In this document: positions 13,501 through 25,778 of the stretch, one piece after another
Layout of the letters: each line of letters starts with the position of its first letter
Numbering within the stretch: position 1 is the first letter of the stretch
Assembly (NCBI GenBank): GCA_000934665.2
Contig: KZ538131.1
Location: 1-64,000, forward strand
DNA: 64,000 bases
DNA from: Catajapyx aquilonaris
Lineage: Eukaryota
Direction: 5' to 3'
Made by a program: the position numbers and the translations under genes
The notes under the pieces: generated by a model
Database searches by the model: none
What the model saw: the letters and a program-made list of their open reading frames with translations, nothing else
What the model was told of the DNA's origin: nothing

Positions 13501-16500
13501 CTCGACCTGCACTTTCAGATTCCGGATTTAAGTGTGACGTGAGGCCCTTACGCCTGCGCAAAAATGTGGGAAATATAAAGGGGGAAGCGGGAAACGAGGA
13601 TATAAATTACAGAGTTGAGTGGCCTATGCTTGAAACTCTGGGCTGTAAAGGTGCATTCACTTTACTTTTACTGTGTTACCATCAGGCCGTCACTTGAATA
13701 AATTTTTCATCGGCTGCTCCACGTATAGAGCTGTCAGTTCGAAACTAAATGGGCTTTTCAAAAGAGGGAAATACCTGCGCAACAATGTGAGTTACACAGC
13801 ATTGTCCACCTTACTATCCAGTCCACTACCATTGTTCCCTCAGCCACCATAAACCTTGACGTCATTCGCGACGGCCTCAACTTGACCAGCCCCCGTGTCT
13901 CCTTTATTGTGCAAACAAACGCACCACAAATCCAAGACAACATTTATGGCAGGTCCCATTTCACAGCTGTCAAATAAGAGCACGATTCCATCGGGCCTCC
14001 GGACCCATGCACGAAGAAGGAATCGAGGAATATTAATAAAGAAGGGGTTACATCGTATGGGACCGTTACGTCAGTGGCCTGACACAGACTTGCATCCTGG
14101 CGCAAGCAATTAGACGGCATGATCCTTTCATTTACTCGGGAGGAAACAAAGCGCATTCATCATTTGGGCCTGAAGATGGTGTGGGCTGTGCAGATGAGTA
14201 CCTCGTTTGACCTGGCTGTTCCCGCCAACATCCTGATTGCACAAACGAGCCGAATGAGCATTTGACTCGCTGTGATTCATTAGGAGAGGTTGCCTTGGCA
14301 CTGCTAATCTCCTGAAAATATCGGACCATCACGCGATGGCCGTCCTGCTGGATGGAACACTGCTGATATGTGCGCCGACCCAAACTGCATCCGGACGGTA
14401 GGTCGCTGACTTTCCTAATTACATTAGGGATTTGTTTGGGTCTCGACACAATTACGCACTTTCCGGGATCCTACATTCAAGTCCGCAGATATGAAAGATA
14501 AGGCTTTTTATCGCCAGGATGTACCTTGAAATTCACTGGGTTAGTTCTTCCCAACTTCCCTAACATTGCAATGGCCTATTCTTGTCGTTGTCATAGGGAT
14601 AAGGCTGCAGAACGGCTTAAAACCCATGCCCGTTTTTTCCATTTTTTTTCTTACATTTACCTTCAAATGCTTCCTTGTTATGAAGGGGGTGCAATGAATA
14701 AAGGACCTAATGATAATATGTAAATTCAGAAAACTGTTCACATTATTTATACTGCAATTTTGGTGATGTCAGTAACTCCAGTACACGCTCCAGTAGGTTT
14801 TGATTGAAGAAAATGAACTTGGAAGGTTTGTGCTTCAATATTTCCCAAAAATATTATTTCATCTCAAACTCCCTGACTGCACACCGTCTTTAAGGAACAG
14901 TAAACTTTTAAGGATGGTAACACCCGCATATTTACAAACGCGGTACTTTCACGGCCCATTCTATATGCCACAATACAGTAGACTAACTTACATCACTTTT
15001 TGTTGGGAAGTTACTGCTTGCAGAAAATTATAGGGAATGATGCAGGATTTTTATACTGTCTGTATACAGTACAAAGCTATACCCCACATCCATCCGTTGC
15101 CCATCGACCAAGATATTTCCTAATACTCACATGGGCCGCGCGCCAATATGATACATCCCAACCAAAACAGATGATGTATGCTGTATACGAATATAGTGCT
15201 TCGGTCTTAGAATAGGTCGAGAAATCATCCTACCTACCCATTATACTGCAATAATTACTGACTCTCCCGTACAGTTAAGATAATTATGTAGTTGCATTGC
15301 ATGTTTACTATTCATGTGCACCATCTGCGTTATGATTTATGGTCATTTGCTTTACTGCAGCCTAGGAAAAGTGCATCTAAATAAAGTGCGACCTACAGAA
15401 AAGTCGGCCAAATTAATAAATAAAGTACTGTTCAACAACAGTTATTTCCATTTCATTGCCGAATAATGAATAACATCTGGCGAATTTTTAGTGCAGCCTA
15501 CGCGACAGCGCTGCTGATTATACCTCTGCAATTAAATGAAATATCTGGAGTCTCCTTAATAACACGGTTGCGTCTCGCAATTATAATATTTTACGTCCCA
15601 ATAAAATGCGTGCCTTCAGACTATTTAGTTGCGGTTATGTGAGTCGTAATTGTCATAGTTTAAACCATTTACAACTCGTAACCTGCGGACTACCGGTCCC
15701 GGAACTACCCACCCCAACCCACAAACAAGTGCATTTTTAAATTATTACCCAGTGATGGTCATTCACCTCGCAGTGAGTAGGCCTATGCGTCATCCTGGTG
15801 ACGTGAAGATGGGAATCCCGGCAGAAGCTCATGATGCTATAAAAATGAACGTTAAACCTGTCCGCCCATGTTTATCACACCTACGAGCATAAAGTTCTCA
15901 CTGAATTAAATTATTTCCCCGAACTATTGGTACCTGAAGCCTAATTACTATAATCACGGACTCTTGTAAATCTCCAGCTCCACCATATACCCTATAAAAT
16001 TTTATTGCTATCAATTCTAGTTACGGCTTTAAATGTGCTGCAATGTCACTGGGTGCCACCAGTTGTCGAATCGCATGAAACTTCGCATAGCTCAGGCCAC
16101 TAACTACTGTTGTAAAATAAGCCCACCGTAGAATTCAAATGGCCCACCAGGCAAGCAAACAAAGCTATTAATTTTTTTTCCCCCTCTGCCAACGGTATAT
16201 GCCAAATTCCGCTTTTGAAAAGGCCTGCATGGCTCATGCTAATTCTTCCTAAGTTTTCAAGTAATTGGCGCTGAAAATTTCGATAAGTTCGGGAACAGTT
16301 TTTTCAAACGGCTTTAACAGCCGAACGCTTGCCATTTACAGCTTTAAAAAAATATCCATCAGTGTAATTGCACCGTTTATGTGTAATAACATACCGGTAT
16401 CAAAGTCCGATATCATTCCATCGCATCATATTTTCCAATGACCGTCATAAAATGGAAGGTCCACATTACCATCCATCTCAAGCCGATTCACACAATCATG

Positions 16501-17497
16501 ATTGCTAATGAAAGTACAGATCATGGAGGTGACTATCGGAGGCGTGGTTTTACGACGCCTAGAGTCTAGTCGTGTCTCATGGCTGGTGTGCCCTGCCCCG
16601 CAACCGATACTAATTGGTATTCAGGTGTCAGAGTAGTACCTTGCGAAACACCTCGGCGGGGGTCATTTGTGTCTCGGGAAGTTACTCACTGACTGCCACT
16701 CTCAGGTGATTCGGTCGCAGCATTTTATGATAATAAGCGTGGGAAATGCACTCTCTATCACCCCATGGTAGTTTTCTAGCCCTCATTCATTGCTGCCTGC
16801 TCATACTATTTGTATGCATGAAAAATTCGGCTCAATTACGGGCGTCAAGAAGGGTCTTTGCACTGGCTAAGAGCGTAAAACACTCAGTCCTCGGGCTGTT
16901 TTCTCAAGGCAACTTCCTCAGGGGAAAATATGAGCTAACACCATATGGCATGCCACTCATGTGCAGTCTCCCAGGGTTGCAGTATTTCTTCTTTTTGCGC
17001 CATTGGGGGGGCCTTTAAAAATATAAAGCGAGTAGTATATCAGGCTCGGAAATACGTTGGACAAGTAATATTTTCATATGAAATAAAATATCTGGAAGTT
17101 AACTGCTTAGTGAGTACAGTAATCTGGATGTACTTAAAATGCTATAAACCCTGAGAATGCTTTTTCTGCATATTGCAAAGAGTAAGTTATTATTGTACTA
17201 AACTTTGACGCTAACTATAAATTTCCAGTGCATGTGATGTGATAATTTAAAATCCCACTTGAAATTGAAAAGTCATTTGCAAAGAACGCAGAGAACATAA
17301 TTACAGGGTGAATAGTCAAGTTCGCAAAAAGAATAGTGTATTGTCTCAATAAATAATGTTTGGCACTCTTATCACTAACATTGCGATTATATTAGTTCTT
17401 AGTCTCATTAGTCATAATGGACATAATTTATTTATGACATAAATCAGTGTGTTATAGATAAGAAAATTATAAGTTTGTAATATAGGGGCGGGAGTTA

Positions 17498-17529
17498 CCA
17501 TGAGACAAAACATTTGTTTTGTCTCATGG
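17498..17529. repeat. Perfect palindrome (15-bp arms, 2-nt centre)
   Basis: CCATGAGACAAAACA-TT-TGTTTTGTCTCATGG. Confidence 0.9.
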
Positions 17530-18046
17530 CCTGCTAGGACAACTTATAGAATCATTTAAATTGCATGTTGCTGTTGTATACGTGCAAGCTGCATAGCTCT
17601 GCCTTCTGTGCAATTATTATGTGATTTCAGTGTGAAAATCACGCCAAGACTATTACTTGAAAGTACAGTATTATGTTGATTTAACAGAACATCCTGTTTT
17701 CGCCGAAGCTTGGTTATGGTCGTATAATTATACAGTATTTTTGTGTGAGGTAAAAATACACTCTGTGAAGCGTAATTAAGTTTTATTGTTTCGTGCAGAC
17801 GAGGACCGTCAAGATCTTCCAAGAAGTCAGAAAATATTGTTCTTGATCCACAACCGCAACTGTCACGAGTTCTCTCTGCCGCAGCATCCCACGCTTGACA
17901 TTAATTGACCACAGTCGTATCAAAACTCTAAAACCTACGCCTTTTCCGTTTCACGCTAATTTCATAAGTTAAGAGGTTGCCTTGTGGAGTTTCTACCTCC
18001 AGTAAATAATTCTGTTGAAGACCTTGACTATATATTGCATTATGAT

Positions 18047-18516
18047 CTGCGCCGGATTTACGGCAGGGCAACCTAGGCAGTTCCCTATGACGGCAGATTT
18101 CAAGGGGCGGCAAATTTAGGCATACAAAATAAGTAAACGAAGAATCTAATAAATAATTACGCGACTGGAAGTAGCGCCCGGATTTACCATTAAGCAGAGT
18201 AGGCAATTGTCTAGGAGCGGCCGCGAGTTGCAATAAATACAGTATTTTTCAAATAGGATATACAATAATATGAAATAAAGGCGAAATCATTTAAAAATCT
18301 TCGAAATTTTCACCGGTGGATTCCCAGCACCTGATTTGCCACTTGGCAGAAAAGCCTATATAAAAATTTTAATAAAATAAAATGAAATGAAGGAGAGAAC
18401 TCAAGAGAAAATGTGAAATTTTAAGAGGCATGGGGGGGGGGGGGNNNGGGGGGGGGGGGGCTGCCAACTGCCTAAGGGCGGCCGGGGTGGTAAATCCAAG
18501 GGTAAATCCGGCACTG
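18047..18516. mobile_element. hAT-type MITE with a nested or duplicated copy of its own ends
   Basis: Left TIR CTGCGCCGGATTTAC vs right GTAAATCCGGCACTG. The 8-bp flanks ATTATGAT / ATTATAAT match 7/8, and 8-bp TSDs are typical of hAT. A second internal TIR pair lies at ~18172 (TAGCGCCCGGATTTACC) and ~18489 (GGTAAATCC). Confidence 0.7.
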
Positions 18517-18761
18517 ATTATAATAGCTGTTTATTCTTGGTATGAGACTGTGAAAAGCAAACTGCAAGCTGTTCCGTACAATGAATTGTACTCTTACAAT
18601 CCTGAAAAATTACTACTCAGCAACCGTAGGCGCATCAATAAAAACGTCCACAAAAACAAGTTCATTATATACCTAACTGGACAGTCACCCTTTATCACGC
18701 CTGAAGTATGCCACTATTTTAGCAGTACCACTAATAAGGTTATTTTCTTTTCACAGACACC

Positions 18762-20376
18762 ATGACTGTTTTTCTTGCATCATTCTTGATCCTAATGGCG
18801 GTGGCAGTGCAGTCCCAAGTCATCCTAGAAGGTTCATGTCCATATGTACCCGTGCAGAAGCACTTCTCCACAGATAAGGTAAGGCCCAGTAAATAATTTT
18901 ATTAGGGATGTTTCATGTCTGCGGTATGACCAAAGGACTGCTCTTCACAGTCCCTCCCCATCCCGTTTCATAAGACCAAAAGTAACCCGACGAGCAAGGT
19001 CATCACGACTTCCATTACACATACAGTTCTGTTCGTGCTCCGTCATGACCTCCAAGCCGTAATTTCTGACAACTAAAATGTTTTTCACGACTACTGGTCT
19101 TAAGCTGCGGTCATCCGAGGCATCTTCCAGCGGAAGCCCATTTTTTTCTCCCCTTCCTTTGTCCATTACGATGGTTCCTCGATATTTGGTCAATGACCCC
19201 TCAGATTTTATTCTGAAAATTTTTCATGCACTATACGTGCCCAAGATGGAGCTGAAAACGTTGCAACAAAAGACCGCCGTCAATGTAAAAGAAATGAATG
19301 ATGCTCGGCGTGCAGGACATTGTGTTGGCCACAACCTCTCCTTATTCGGCTTTCGGCTCTTTCTGACTTCCTCGTCTGCATTTTTCGCTGCAGGGTAAAC
19401 CAGTCTCTAGAAACCTTACACCGAATGTGAATTATACCTACGCACAGTACACCGGAATCTTTATTTGCTGTTTTAAAGACATGTACCGCAAGTACAGGAC
19501 TGGAAGGGAAAAGCACGCAGTTTTTTTCTTCTTCTTCTTCTTGTTGTTGAGCGCACAACTTTACCACCTCTGTGGTACAGGATCTCACTCAGCGTTATCT
19601 GATTCCCTCTGTAATTTGTTGCAGTTTTTGGGCACCTGGTACGAATACGAACGATTTTATTCGGACTCCCAAGTGAACAGTAAGTGCACCAAGTTGGAAT
19701 TTGCTCGACATTACGACGGCCGGGTCAACATCATCAGCAGCTCCATTCATGAACGGTGAGGTTAACATTATATGCAACAAGGAAAATTCTAATTACGGAA
19801 TATTTTATATTTTCAGGACTGGGCGTCCTTTGGTTTCTCATGGTGTAGTGACATCTGACTACAGTGACCTGTCGCGAATGACCGTCCAGATGGCTCCACG
19901 ATCAAGTTCTCCCTCCCCGTTAGTGTATCCATATTGGGTCCTGGACACAGATTATATCACATATGCTGTGGTTTTCTCCTGTGAAGATGTCTGCCGTGGA
20001 TCTAAGCATACAGGTAAGTTAGAAAGAAGCCACTTTGCTAATGAAATAATCTCTAATTATGTTGACATAATTATTGCAGAATCGCTATGGCTCTTGGGAA
20101 GAACCGCTGTCATCCCTGACGAGGCTCTTCGTCGCATATATCGTAAACTGGCTGGATTTGGAATTAATTCCAAGAGGCTCATGAAGGTACAGACGTAAGG
20201 CATTCATTAGTTTAACCGGATAATATCATTGCATTTAATTTCAGGTGGAGCAAAAGCAGTGTGTGAATGTAGCCGTGAGGGTCAGGAGCCAGAACTCGTA
20301 TTTCAACTTCAATCGAAATGCTGCCAGAAATTTTCTCGTGTCACTCACCAATCACCTGAATGATCGTTCTTCATGA
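18762..20376 (+). CDS. Apolipoprotein D-like lipocalin (ApoD/Lazarillo group), ~227 aa. Coding exons 18762-18878, 19625-19755, 19817-20013, 20080-20186, 20245-20376
   Basis: All four introns are GT-AG with consistent phases (0,2,1,0). The spliced protein has a signal peptide MTVFLASFLILMAVAVQS, then QVILEGSCP, SCR1 F...KFLGTWYEYERF, KCT, SCR2 YWVLDTDYITYAVVFSC, SCR3 SLWLLGRT and a terminal VEQKQC, i.e. the ApoD four-Cys pattern. An acceptor TTTTCTTTTCACAG ends 5 nt before the ATG, implying an upstream non-coding exon. Confidence 0.93.
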
Positions 20377-20480
20377 AGGTTGACTAACAGTTTCTTAAGC
20401 AACGTACTTGTAGGTCAAGTGTTATAATGGTCTCATGCATACTTGTTTACAGCCATATACTAGTAGGACTACTTATCAAA

Positions 20481-20486
20481 AATAAA
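20481..20486 (+). promoter_or_regulatory. Candidate polyadenylation signal of the lipocalin gene
   Basis: AATAAA about 105 nt after the stop codon. Confidence 0.55.
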
Positions 20487-23400
20487 GTAACGACGACCTA
20501 AGAATCCCTTGAGATCACGTGGTCAGTAACATGATGAACGTGTCAAGGACTCACTTGGGCGAATATTGCTAGGTATAGACTAAAATAAGCATAATAATAA
20601 GCAATAGGTGATATAGTTTAATAATAAGGAGCCAGTTCTGAAGAAGAAAACAAGCATTATTTTGTTATGTTTGGCCACATGGGAACAATGATATATTCTG
20701 TGCCCACCGAGTGCATATTACTACTAAGATATGTCGTATGTCACATTTGTCACTTTTTACAGCAATGCTTACTATACATGGACTATTACTCTTGTTGATT
20801 TTGTACTCTGCTATTATTTATTACTTTGATGCAAACTTTTTTGATAATAAAACCGATAATAAGATATCTTGCAATGGACTATTTATTATTTATAGTTTGC
20901 AGAACTAATTAAGACATTTTAATTTAATGTCAATATATGCGACCAGAATATAATTTATAGGCTTAAAAACCGATTTATTTATGAGTTGCAAGAAAGAAAC
21001 GTGAAGCAGGCATATACAGTACTACGTAATATTTTAACTTTGTTTTACACATATTTTCAGCTTATCATTATATTAATTTTAACGATTGTTTTCAGCACTA
21101 GGACAAAAGAGGGGGAAAATAAAAATCCATCTACCGCAATATCTATCTTGATCCCCCCAAAAATTAGTACCTATCCATTTTGTTTCTAATGAAATTGCAG
21201 CCGGGTGGGAAGAAGGACGCATTCTCATGAGCCAGTTTCCTACAGAGGAGGGCCCAACATTCCGCCTACATTTCCGCAAAAATGATGCCGTGCACCAGCA
21301 GCAGGATTACAACCTATTACTACCCTGAGCACTATTGATGATTTCCGGGAATCAAACTGGACATGTCGATCCCCAGAGCCTAGTAATCTTATTTTGACAC
21401 AAGGCTATATTCATTAACTCAAGTCAGACCGTATTATGAGTTATAGGACAGATTAAAGAATTATTGAAATTGAAACTTACATACAGTATATACATTTCTT
21501 CACGGCATTAGTTCCCATAGAAGGGTAGCCAGTGGTGTCCAGGTATTACCTGACCACCTCGTTAAGACCGACATAATGGGACATCTGGTGACTGGTCAGG
21601 CCACACACACAGTGCTAATGAATTGAAACCTAAAAAGGTCATACTGATTTCCTTCATGCCAATCAGATGAAGATCCTATACTGTCCAAACAAGAAGAGCA
21701 TATACCAGAGGAATATAAGGAAATGATTTTTCATTTGATCACATCAAGAGCTAGCTCTTGATCCTATACTGATGAGCATGGCCACGTAAACTGCAAGGGT
21801 GAGATCGTTGTACGTTGTAATGAAACAATAATATGCCAGAGTTATGCCTTTGTATGAAGAGTCAATCCCACGGCCATGTGTGACAAACAATGCATCATAC
21901 ACACTAATGCAACATGTCGAAATAATAAATTATGATTGGGAGTTGGGGAGGGGAGGAAGAAGAGAGATGCTCTTTCATGAAGCTTAGCTCGAGACAGTAG
22001 TTAAAGTTCAAAAGCACCAACTTTCTGAGTTTACCAGAGTACTGGCCTAATCCCTAATAATACTGCATAGTTTTAAGATCATAACTGCTTATAAATTTTA
22101 TTGTTTACTGCGATTTCTTTGCTCAAAATCAGCGAAAATATCTCGTGACCTTACCTAGTAATGAAGGCTATACATAACATAAAAAAGGCAGCAAGGTTAG
22201 AATAGGGTCGTCATAAATCCTGCCACTGCACTCAGATTGCACGTGGATTGTGATTCATTGACACTGTATTAGTATATCCTATTGGTCAAATAATATAATC
22301 AGTGTCAACCCTTCGAAGCTCTCATACTGTGAGGGTAGACTAACAAATAATGCTACTTCTTATGGAAGTGCTTGTGCTGAAGTATCCCAAGTAGCCTACC
22401 AGTATCAGAAGATCCAAAACTCGATCACAGAGAAGTTAGTAAATTGTTCGGTCCATCGCATCGGTCAGCAACACACCGCGACAGTTCTGTACTCGCCGAC
22501 TGATAATATTGACTGTTGTTGTTATTAGGCCTATTATTGTTTTACTTATCGTCAAGGCTGTCGTTATTCTTCTTACGTATAGACTAGAAAACATTACCGC
22601 ACCCAACCTCATCTATCGGTGAGTGGTTATGTTGCCGTCACAATTGACATGGTAGCAGAGAACAAACGTACATATCTACGTAATATATTATTGCACTTAC
22701 AGGATATTTACACACATCATTCTGGAACTGTTGGGACATCGTGGACAACATTCATTTGAGGCACATGTCCACGGGGTATAATTATGTAGATGAATATTTC
22801 ATAAGCCACCTGCACAAAAATGTGGATAGTCTGTGTATCTATACACATAATTGGGTTAAGACAATGATCTATGACCTCTTTGCACACTATTAAAACAATC
22901 CCCGAGTCTCATTTCACCAAATTATAAGCACATAAACAACCGTCCAGGCCTTGCCTTCTACAGTATCGTATACACCAGCTTTCATTGACACCGCTGTGTG
23001 GCGCAAGAGTGTGGAGATAATCAAAGACTGACTGGTCAGTTTTCATACTCGTAAAAGAGATGGCGCAGCCCTCCATATCTACACTAAATATGAAAAGCTT
23101 GCTACATTCAAACAGCATTCAAACAATACAATAACAAGGACGACCTTTGCAATTCATTTTGTGCACACATAACAACATCTGCCTCTCTATGGAATGAATT
23201 AGGCACACATTCCTATCTACCACACCAAGCTACACACACGTGAGTGGTATACATGCGCATACAAATTTAACCTGTCTTTAAACAGCAATTTATAGCTATA
23301 ATTATTCTAAGAAGTGTTCTATAAGATGTGTAGGCAATCTATTGTTGATGTAATCGAATGATAGTCGCAGTCTCGGTCGCAGTGATAACTTGTTACATGA

Positions 23401-24207
23401 TGCAGCACGACGTTGCCGGCAAAATGACTGTAGAACGCCAATTTTGAAATAATTAACATGGAAATGGCTTGTCCATGCGATAAATATCGGTCCGATATAA
23501 ATTCCCCCTACTCTCAGTTGCGTTCCTGTACCTATATGTCCACTTTGTCGCTACCAAGATACGGTATCACAATAAGGCCACTAGCCGAATATGGCCGCCG
23601 CGCACAATTTTGAACCTAACACCGCGCACAAGTTGAACCCCCTCCACACTTGGCACTCCAACATCAATAAAACGGTCCGCCATACCCCGCTAATCAGACA
23701 GGCTGGAAGTGCGGTCCTCCCAAAATCGGGGTATCCCCCCATACCTGTTCATAGTTAGCATCGTTGTCATCATAGTCCAAAATAGTGTAAGAATTGGTGC
23801 GGTAGATTGCAACTGGGTGCCGACCGTGTCACCTCCTAGTGGCCGTCCCCAGAAGGCGGCCAACAGATTGTAGTACCCAGAAGGCCGTGCGGTGAAGGTC
23901 GCCATGTTTCTTTGGACTAGAGTGGGGAGGAAGGGGAGGAGAGGTTTGGCCGAGTGCTAGTGTGTTCTTTCGGTGTAGTCCCTGCTGCACCCTCCCTCCC
24001 GCTCTCCTTCGCTCCTTTTCCCATTCGCACCCGGCGGGCGGCCCTGACTGCCGCCTCACGAAGGGGGGAACGGGAATGGGGGCCGACATTATTAGCTTCC
24101 CTGATAGGTGACTGCACGTCACACTTAGGTTTAAACAGGGGGAATAGAGGGGGCTCAATTGGTATTCGAACTGTTCGAAGACCCCACAATTTTGGTGTGG
24201 ACGTAAT

Positions 24208-25778
24208 ATGGCCGACGCGGTGAACGAGAAGCAAAAATTCTTGGAGAAAAGGTCGCTCCCCAACGTGATCCACCGTACCACCACAGAGACACTTCGGCTA
24301 GATACGGAGAAGATGCCAGGCAGTGCTGGCACTGTGTCTCCTTCGCAGTCTGCAACAGTGGTGAAAAAGAAAAGCACGTCGTTTCAGATCACCAGCGTGA
24401 CCAGCGTACCTGGTGGCGACACGGCTGACGACTCGGACCTGGACGACTCGCACACTGATGACATCTCGGAGGACTTGGCTGATACGTGCTCCAGGATGAC
24501 TGACACGCCCAGCTACAGCGAGGATCCGGCAGGTCCCAACTCCAGCTACAACGACGTGTTCTTTAACCCAGCGCCTAGTTCAGTGCCTGTGGGAACGGCC
24601 CCTGTCATTCCTACCAGCTCGCAGTATGGGCTGGCAATTGTGGCGGATGCCTCGGCAGCTTCGCAACCTGCGGCTGCAGCGGCTGCAGCGACGGTGGCTC
24701 CCGTGGCCCCCATCTCCCATGAGACTAGCAAGTGTGAAGAACGTGACCATGTACACAACAGGTTTAAAGTAGTGAAGATAGAGAGTACGGAACCCTTTAA
24801 GAGGGGCAGGTGGCTGTGTATGGATTATTTGGACCATACTGTTAAGGAAGAGCCGTCGCAACACCCGCCGGCCAATACCCCAGGTGCAATTCATTTGCCC
24901 ATACCCGAAGGTGGAGGTGAGGATGCTGTTTCTATGGACCAAGTTGTGGTTAGTGTACCCCAGCCGCAGCCGCAAATGTACGGCCAGCAGACGCAATCGT
25001 TGCCGCATCCAGTCCCGACCCAATACTACTCACAGGGCCACTCGCTTCAGGGTGATCCACCGATGCAGTACGTGACTGGACAGAGCCAACGGTTTGTCAG
25101 TCAGCCAGGGTTCGTTGCAGCCACGAGCCAACCGCAGTCGCAGCCCCAGACGTACACTCAGCCGCAGTACGTGCCAACGCAGAACCAGAATTACTTCCCC
25201 AACCAGCAGCAACTCCAACCACAAACGTATGTGACAGGTCAGAGTCAGAACCTTCCGAACTTCCAGCCTCAAGTATCACAACCTCAGCCTACACAACAGC
25301 AGCCAAAGTCTCAGGTTGCCACCCAGACCATCCCGCCGCAGACAATGATGCACATGCAGCAAGCAACACACATGGCTCCACAACCAGGCATGGTACCCCA
25401 ACAACCTGCACACATGCCAATACAGACCATTCCACCGGGATATATGCAGCAACCCCAGCCACGACCGCAGCCGCCGGCGACTTATGCAGCGACACAGCCA
25501 GTGACAGTGTCGGTGCCAGTTCGCGCACCTATGGCTCCGCAAGTGGTGGATGCAATGAGTGTGAGTGTAGCAAGTAGTGTGGGTGCGGGCGGAGGGGGCA
25601 GTAGTGCAGGTGGAGCGGGAGGTGGGGGAGGGAGTGGAGGCGGACTGGAGAATTTGGTGGGCGCCCAGCAGCAGCCCTCAGATATGATGCGGCCACCTAA
25701 CGCACTTTTGGACTCTTTGGTAGAGGTGGCCACAGCGGCCACTGAGGATGTTCAGCCAGTCCCAGAAGAATCCGAAAG
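24208..25778 (+). CDS. bun: First coding exon of the long isoform of a TSC22-domain family protein (bunched A / TSC22D1-2-4 long-type). Partial: the TSC-box and leucine-zipper exons were not found in the window
   Basis: 523-codon ORF with long-isoform motif 1 (KKKSTSFQITSVT, 24364-24402) and motif 2 (RFKVVKIESTEPFKRGRWLCMDYLDH, from 24760), followed by a Q/P-rich low-complexity region. It ends ...EESE-AG|GTAAAA (phase-2 donor at 25779), where family members splice to the SG.S.VAIDNKIEQAMDLVK exon. Confidence 0.93.

Noticed and set aside
18431..18460. G/C homopolymers containing N (also ~29930, 40790, 50480, 58090, 60970) as G-quadruplex elements
   Set aside because: Lengths are unresolved assembly ambiguities and cannot be interpreted.
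23496..23519. TATAAA plus TCAGTT initiator as the bunched core promoter
   Set aside because: Spacing is ~20 nt rather than the ~30 nt expected.
23829..25742. Many overlapping antisense and alternate-frame ORFs over the bunched exon and leader
   Set aside because: Shadow ORFs of GC-rich coding sequence with no recognisable motifs.
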